A model generated the notes under the pieces. That model saw only the letters and a program-made list of their open reading frames with translations. It had not been told where the DNA came from and did not search any database. This document shows positions 58,862 to 64,000 of a stretch of DNA of 64,000 nucleotides, one piece after another. The DNA is from an uncultured Bacillota bacterium (GTDB lineage Bacteria > Bacillota_I > Bacilli_A > RFN20 > CAG-631), in assembly GCA_902491575.1 (NCBI GenBank), contig CABUID010000001.1, forward strand, positions 84,110 through 148,109. The letters are read 5' to 3'. Within the stretch, counting starts at the first letter, position 1. Every line of letters begins with the position of its first letter. The position numbers were made by a program, and so were the translations under genes.

Positions 58862-59040
58862 CCTAAAAAAATAAAAAAATCCAAAATCTAGGAACGATAA
58901 TTATCGCGGTGCCATCCTAGTTCATAGATTTTACTATGCTCTTTATTTACTATACATAAGTTTGCTATAAAGTGTTCCTCTTATAAGTAGTCCATATTGT
59001 CCTTTCACCATTGACAACTCGCTGTAATTTTTCCTTATAA
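58862..59040 (-). ncRNA. T-box riboswitch leader of asnS
   Basis: The minus-strand RNA contains AACUAGGAUGGCACCGCG (plus 58885-58900), matching the T-box consensus AAUUAGGGUGGNACCGCG. It is followed by a terminator hairpin CUAGGA...CGAUAAUUAUCG...UCCUAG and a U-run immediately before the asnS RBS. Confidence 0.55.
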
Positions 59041-59060
59041 AAAGTCTTTAATCATTGCAA

Positions 59061-59636
59061 TTATTCTATAGCTCTTCCCGTTATACTATTGAATATTAAT
59101 AAATGTAGAAAAGCAATAAAATCATTAAATCCAAGTGTTTTTGAATCGTCTTTTAGCCAATTGACAAACATTTTTAAACTTCCATAAACATGATATTCAA
59201 TCATGAGATTTATTTTCAATTTACAATTTTGTTTTATCATTTTGTATTTTTTAGTTAAAGATTCAATCAACACTTTATCCAACGTTTCCACAATATGATT
59301 CATATAGTATGTAGATGTTAAAAGTTTAACAACATACTCATCTTGCATTATTGTGTTAAATATATTATAAAGGAATTCTTTTAAAGATGCAAAACTAAAT
59401 TCATAATCTTTAATAATAGAAAATAAATTTTCTGATAAGTGATTTTCAATTTCAAGTAAAATAGCCGATACCTCTTGATAATGTAAATAAAATGTTTTAC
59501 GGTTAATCATTGCAAGTTCAGTAAGTTCAACAACAGAAATATCTTCTAATTTCTTTTTTTGTAGTAGAAGAATAAGCGCATTTTTTAATCTCGTTTTTGT
59601 TTTAATGATTCTTTTATCAGTGCCCTTTTGTTTCAT
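59061..59636 (-). CDS. TetR/AcrR family transcriptional regulator
   Basis: N-terminal HTH (LLQKKKLEDISVVELTELAMINRKTFYLHY) and ~190-aa size. Confidence 0.72.
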   Translation of the reverse strand: MKQKGTDKRIIKTKTRLKNALILLLQKKKLEDISVVELTELAMINRKTFYLHYQEVSAILLEIENHLSENLFSIIKDYEFSFASLKEFLYNIFNTIMQDEYVVKLLTSTYYMNHIVETLDKVLIESLTKKYKMIKQNCKLKINLMIEYHVYGSLKMFVNWLKDDSKTLGFNDFIAFLHLLIFNSITGRAIE

Positions 59637-59667
59637 CTTTTGCCTCCTAATACAATTGCATGGTTAT

Positions 59668-60273
59668 TTACTTATCGACTTGCTTGCGGTTCGAAAAAGC
59701 TTTAAAAAGTGTCATTTCATCAGCATAATCAAGTTGAGCTCCCATTGGTAAACCATGAGCTAAACGCGATATAATTAAGGAAGGATATTTGGATAATAAT
59801 TTAGTAATATACATCGCAGTAATTTCTCCTTCCATAGTTAAATCAGTTGCTAATATTACTTCATCAATTTTTTCTGTTTCAATTCTTTTTATTAATGAAT
59901 CAAGATTAATGTCATTATAGCCAATTCCCTTTGAAGGGGAAATGTAGCCATTTAATACATGATAAACACCATGATATTCTTTCATTTTTTCAAAAGCAAA
60001 AACATCTTTTGGACTATGCACCACACAAATAAAATGATGATCACGTTCTTCACTATTGCATAAGTCACAAATTTGATTGTTTTCAGAAAGATTTCCGCAA
60101 ATTGGACAACGTGAAATGTGATTCACCGACAAAATCGTATTTGCAAAATGTTCGATAGTCTCTTTATTCATTGTCAAAACATCATAAGCCATTCTTTCGG
60201 CTGTTTTAGAACCTACTCCTGGTAAACGTTTAAAACAATCAATTAAATTTTGAAAAGTAACGGGATAATCCAT
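59668..60273 (-). CDS. recR: Recombination protein RecR
   Basis: HhH motif LPGVGSKTAERMA, C4 zinc finger CPICGNL...CDLC, and Toprim domain. Confidence 0.9.
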   Translation of the reverse strand: MDYPVTFQNLIDCFKRLPGVGSKTAERMAYDVLTMNKETIEHFANTILSVNHISRCPICGNLSENNQICDLCNSEERDHHFICVVHSPKDVFAFEKMKEYHGVYHVLNGYISPSKGIGYNDINLDSLIKRIETEKIDEVILATDLTMEGEITAMYITKLLSKYPSLIISRLAHGLPMGAQLDYADEMTLFKAFSNRKQVDK

Positions 60274-60275
60274 AA

Positions 60276-60578
60276 TTAAAAAGGTAATCGCATATTAGCT
60301 TGTTGTTTAGCTAATATTTTTTGTTCCTCATTAATAACATGAGCAATGGCTTCGTTTACAGCTACTACCAACATATCTTGCAACATTTCTTTATCTTCAG
60401 GATCAATAATTTCTTTATCGATATCGATACTTTTGATGGTTTTAGCACCATTAATAACGACTTTGATTCCGCCACCAGCAGATAAAATTTCGAATTCTTT
60501 TTCTTCTAATTCTTTTTGTGCTTTTTCCATTTCTCTTTGCATTTTTTGTGCTTGTTGCATTAAAGCGTTCATATTCAT
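60276..60578 (-). CDS. ybaB: Nucleoid-associated protein YbaB/EbfC
   Basis: ~100 aa with MNMNALMQQAQKMQ and a GGG hinge. Conserved position between dnaX and recR. Confidence 0.85.
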   Translation of the reverse strand: MNMNALMQQAQKMQREMEKAQKELEEKEFEILSAGGGIKVVINGAKTIKSIDIDKEIIDPEDKEMLQDMLVVAVNEAIAHVINEEQKILAKQQANMRLPF

Positions 60579-60592
60579 AAGTGATTTCTCCT

Positions 60593-60787
60593 TTATTTTT
60601 TTAAATTTTTTTCTGGATTATGTCTTAAAGGTTTATTGCATTTTGGACAATAGACAAATCCATGTGGGTACCATAAGCGATATCCGATATCTTCTTGCTC
60701 ATATTCAAATTCACACAAGCAATATTCGCATTTTATAAAGTATACAATTTTTTCTTGCTCATTTATAATTTTTTTCATAATTATCAT
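60593..60787 (-). CDS. Small zinc-ribbon protein (64 aa) inserted between dnaX and ybaB
   Basis: CEYCLCEF ... CPKCNKPL two-CxxC arrangement. Tightly packed: 3 nt from the dnaX stop and 14 nt from the ybaB start. Confidence 0.45.
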   Translation of the reverse strand: MIIMKKIINEQEKIVYFIKCEYCLCEFEYEQEDIGYRLWYPHGFVYCPKCNKPLRHNPEKNLKK

Positions 60788-60790
60788 CCT

Positions 60791-62563
60791 TTATTCAATT
60801 TTTAAAGCATCACCAAATAAATCTCTTCCAAGTTCTATTGTAGCATCTTTTAATTCTTCACTTTCACTGACAATGTTAGAAAGATTTAAATTATCGTGGC
60901 TTTCAAGATGAGGAATTGCATGAGGAACAGGTAATTTATTGGCTTGTTTCAATTCAAAGAATTTCTTTGTCATGTCAATAAATGTTGGTCTTTCTACAAC
61001 GTAAACTTCCAAATCATATCCGAATACTTCTTGAATGAACTTTCTTGAAAGTAATAAATTATTTTTTTGTTTTGCTCTTGAGGCTAAAAGTTTAAAGTCA
61101 AAAACCAATAATATAAAATCTTTGCTGGCCACGCCTATGGATGAGTCAGAAAGAAGTTGCGCAATGTAGCGGGTATTTGGAACATCGATATATCTACGAA
61201 TATCACCCCATTTTGCAATAAGAGCTTCTTTAAATTTTTTATCTCCTTGTATTAGGATATTGACATATTCATCGAGCGTATAAGAAATACTTTCACTTTC
61301 GACAGGAGTGGAATATTGGCTCTTCAAAGGATCAAGATTATTTTTTTCTTTCATGTTAGGTATTTGGATATCTTTGGCAGGCTCTTCCACAATTTTTACA
61401 GTTTCTATCGTTTTTTCCTCGTTTTTTAATGGCTTTTCATTGGAAACTTCTTCAATATTTTTTTCTTTAAAAAGATCGGGATTAATAGAAAGAGTTTCAA
61501 TAATTTTTAAAGAGGCTAATTCAAAAAACAAACGATAATTCGTAGATAAACGATAATTGCTTCTAGCATCATTTAGTATTTCAGTTACTTTTAAAGCATT
61601 ATCTGTTGAATAATATTTTAATAAATTTTTGGCATATTGTGCATTTAAACGTTCTAAGATGGTTTCTTCACTCGTTGAACGATAAACGATAGCGTCTTTC
61701 AAGCATACCATTAAATCATATGTTAATCTCTTTACATCAATACCTTTTCCGATAAAGTTTTCAATCATATCGAGAACTTCTTTTGTTTTTCCTTCAGCCA
61801 TTAAAGTTAAATATTCAACCATATCTTGAAGGCTCATCATTCCATAAATATCATAAATATGTTCTACTGTAATATTATTACCTGCGTAAGAAACAACTTG
61901 ATCTAAAATAGATAAAGCATCTCTCATTCCACCATCAGCTAGCTCTGCAATCAAAGGAGGAACTTGGTTATCAAAAGTAATCTTTTCCATATTTAAAATT
62001 TCGATAATTCTTTTTTTAATATCTTCATAATTAATTTTTGCAAAATCAAATCTTTGACAACGTGATAAAACGGTAGGAATTACTTTATGAACATCTGTTG
62101 TTGCTAAAATAAAAACAACATGTTCTGGAGGTTCTTCAAGTGTCTTTAATAAAGCATTGAAAGCACCAGCTGTCATCATGTGAACTTCATCGATGATATA
62201 AATTTTATATTTTCCTTGAATAGGAGCATATTTTACTTTCTCGATTAAATCACGTATTTCATCCACACCATTATTCGATGCCGCATCAATTTCAATAATA
62301 TCTGGATGAGAATTTGCATTAATTGCCTTACAATTATCACACTCGTTACATGGTTTTGTATCTAAAGATGTGCAATTTAATGCTTTGGCAAGTAATTTTG
62401 CAGTGGTGGTTTTCCCTGTACCACGTGGGCCACTGAAAATATAAGCATGAGCAACTTTGTTTGTTAATATTGCATTTTGCAAGGTTTTGATAATATGATC
62501 TTGTCCGACAACGGTTTCAAATGTCTCAGGTCTATATTTTCGATATAAAGCTTTATAAGCCAT
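60791..62563 (-). CDS. dnaX: DNA polymerase III subunit tau (DnaX)
   Basis: Walker A GPRGTGKTT, zinc module CNECDNCKAI, SRC motif VLSRCQRF, and C-terminal tau domains. Length 590 aa. Confidence 0.9.
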   Translation of the reverse strand: MAYKALYRKYRPETFETVVGQDHIIKTLQNAILTNKVAHAYIFSGPRGTGKTTTAKLLAKALNCTSLDTKPCNECDNCKAINANSHPDIIEIDAASNNGVDEIRDLIEKVKYAPIQGKYKIYIIDEVHMMTAGAFNALLKTLEEPPEHVVFILATTDVHKVIPTVLSRCQRFDFAKINYEDIKKRIIEILNMEKITFDNQVPPLIAELADGGMRDALSILDQVVSYAGNNITVEHIYDIYGMMSLQDMVEYLTLMAEGKTKEVLDMIENFIGKGIDVKRLTYDLMVCLKDAIVYRSTSEETILERLNAQYAKNLLKYYSTDNALKVTEILNDARSNYRLSTNYRLFFELASLKIIETLSINPDLFKEKNIEEVSNEKPLKNEEKTIETVKIVEEPAKDIQIPNMKEKNNLDPLKSQYSTPVESESISYTLDEYVNILIQGDKKFKEALIAKWGDIRRYIDVPNTRYIAQLLSDSSIGVASKDFILLVFDFKLLASRAKQKNNLLLSRKFIQEVFGYDLEVYVVERPTFIDMTKKFFELKQANKLPVPHAIPHLESHDNLNLSNIVSESEELKDATIELGRDLFGDALKIE

Positions 62564-62598
62564 AATTACACCTCCAAACTTTAATTATTATAACATAT

Positions 62599-63048
62599 TT
62601 ATCTTTTTGTTTTAAAATAATCCGAAATTATTTTAGAACATTCTATCATTTGATTAAAATAAAAAGTTTCTGGATAATGGTTAAAACCTTTTATTTTGTA
62701 TAATTCAAAAACACTTTCAATAGCACCATCTTGAAAACTTTTAGCTCCATAAATCACTTTTTTTATTCTAGATTGTAAAATTGCACCAGCACACATGGCA
62801 CAAGGTTCAAGTGTTACATATAAAATGCAATCGTCTAAATGCCAACTTTTTAATTTTTTATTTGCCTTTTGAATTGCTAAAATTTCAGCATGTGCAATAG
62901 CAGACTGATTCTTTTCTTTTTGATTATGGGCTTTGGCAATGATTCTGTCATTTTTTACGATAATTGCGCCTATGGGAACCTCGTCCATAAGATAAGCTTT
63001 TAATGCCTCTTGATAAGCTTTTTTCATATAATATTTCTCATCATGCAT
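62599..63048 (-). CDS. tadA: tRNA adenosine(34) deaminase TadA
   Basis: CDA zinc motifs HAE and PCAMC. Length 149 aa. Confidence 0.85.
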   Translation of the reverse strand: MHDEKYYMKKAYQEALKAYLMDEVPIGAIIVKNDRIIAKAHNQKEKNQSAIAHAEILAIQKANKKLKSWHLDDCILYVTLEPCAMCAGAILQSRIKKVIYGAKSFQDGAIESVFELYKIKGFNHYPETFYFNQMIECSKIISDYFKTKR

Positions 63049-63192
63049 TTTTCATCACCTAACTTGTCATTATTATATCATGAACTATCAAAATAGCAAA
63101 AAAGAAATCAAATTTATAAAAATGTTTCCCAGATTAAAAAATAGTGTTATAATATAAATAAACTTGCCAAAGTTTTTGGAGGAATTGGTTAT

Positions 63193-64000
63193 ATGGCAGA
63201 TAATAAATTAAATAATTACACACTTATTGAGTTATTACATTTATCTTATTTAATAAGAGATTCTTTTGAGTATTGTCATGCTCAAATTAATGTTACTCAA
63301 GAAAATTTCGAAAGAAGAGCTACAATGTCAAAAAACATGTTAGCAGAAGGAAATTTTGTTGAAAAATGGCTTAGTGGTCATCCAAATGATGATGTTAAAA
63401 AGATTTACCCTCAATTAGTTAGTTACTTCCATAATATTTATGAAGAAGAAAATTATGTCATTTTTGAAACGAGAAAAGTTGAACCTGAAAAAGCTGTTGA
63501 TTTCATTGAAGAAACCATTAAGAATTATCAAGTTGTAGAAGATATTTTAAAAGCTTTCTATAATGAATATAAAAAGACAAATGGTATTGTTGATACAAAA
63601 GTAGAAAAATGTATATTAGCTTCTTTTGATTTTTATAGAGTTATTGCTAACTGGCTATTCTTTAATGAAGTTGTTAAAAATGACAATGAGTATAAAAAGG
63701 CTTTAAAAGCAAGTAATAATAAGCCATCTTATGAGGTAAATTATAATTTGAATATATTAAAAAGATTAGTTGGTGGCTATAATTTCAATCGTCAAAAATA
63801 CAATGGAGATAAATTGGATATTAAACAAATGCTAGAAGATTCTATGCAAGCATTTAAAGCACTTGATGGTACTTTATTTAAAGACTATGAGGAAAAAAAT
63901 GGAAAGAAATTAACTCCTGAAGAATCACAAAAAATGGCTAAAGAAACGATTGAAAGAGCTGCACAAGAATGTGTATCCGCTATTCGTATTTATGAACCAA
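63193..64000 (+). CDS. Hypothetical protein, 5' partial within the window (continues past the end)
   Basis: Open frame from ATG 63193 to the window end (MADNKLNNYTLIELLHLSYL...). RBS GGAGG and TG-extended -10 TGTTATAAT upstream. No recognised domain. Confidence 0.45.
   Translation, partial: MADNKLNNYTLIELLHLSYLIRDSFEYCHAQINVTQENFERRATMSKNMLAEGNFVEKWLSGHPNDDVKKIYPQLVSYFHNIYEEENYVIFETRKVEPEKAVDFIEETIKNYQVVEDILKAFYNEYKKTNGIVDTKVEKCILASFDFYRVIANWLFFNEVVKNDNEYKKALKASNNKPSYEVNYNLNILKRLVGGYNFNRQKYNGDKLDIKQMLEDSMQAFKALDGTLFKDYEEKNGKKLTPEESQKMAKETIERAAQECVSAIRIYEP

Noticed and set aside
60346-60738. 130-aa ORF antisense to ybaB and the small zinc-ribbon gene
   Set aside because: Shadow ORF across two well-supported minus-strand genes.
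62564-62598. Looked for an SRP RNA (ffs/scr) gene between tadA and dnaX, where it lies in Bacillus
   Set aside because: The gap is only 35 bp and contains no SRP RNA helix-8 motif, so ffs must be elsewhere in this genome. No SRP-like sequence was seen in 63049-63192 either.
1-64000. Scan of all intergenic regions for tRNA genes, rRNA fragments or CRISPR arrays
   Set aside because: No GTTCGA/TCGAAC T-loop-like motifs in cloverleaf context, no repeat-spacer arrays and no rRNA-like conserved stretches were found. The only regular DNA repeats are the three operator-like copies at 1787-2160.

Overview
The window is a low-GC (~30%) Bacillota chromosome segment, most consistent with an Erysipelotrichia/Mollicutes-related gut lineage. 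Many lipoproteins carry lipobox signals (LTGC, LSSC, ISGC, MTGC). The Opp substrate-binding protein is very large, and surface proteins end in C-terminal TM anchors rather than LPXTG. The standard genetic code applies: TGG encodes Trp in intact genes. Most of the window is conserved housekeeping. One block is rlmD (23S rRNA m5U methyltransferase), the cell-wall hydrolases, deoD, a phosphoglucomutase, rluD, U32 peptidases, degV, glcK, upp and the Opp ABC transporter oppA-F. A second block is a MoxR-DUF58-VWA (Bat-like) module. A third is hpf, nudF, asnS with a T-box leader, a TetR regulator, then recR-ybaB-dnaX-tadA. Two accessory regions stand out. The first is the 5' ~4.9 kb, a decaying integrated element abutting the 3' end of rlmD. 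It contains a large serine recombinase broken only by three in-frame nonsense codons with no frameshift, and a DUF4143 AAA ATPase whose sigma-A promoter is bracketed by three copies of a ~25-bp dyad-containing motif. It also holds an HNH endonuclease and a frameshifted P-loop ATPase remnant. The second is a ~17 kb surface-protein locus (37.0-54.1 kb). It holds six signal-peptide proteins (five with lipoprotein-type signals), several with Ser-rich linkers, and a translationally coupled three-gene operon. That operon encodes a 2561-aa S8 subtilase with a PA domain and BspA-type leucine-rich repeats, a lipoprotein, and an InhA/M6-like zinc metalloprotease lipoprotein. No tRNA, rRNA or CRISPR array was detected. 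Small ORFs nested antisense in large genes are treated as spurious.
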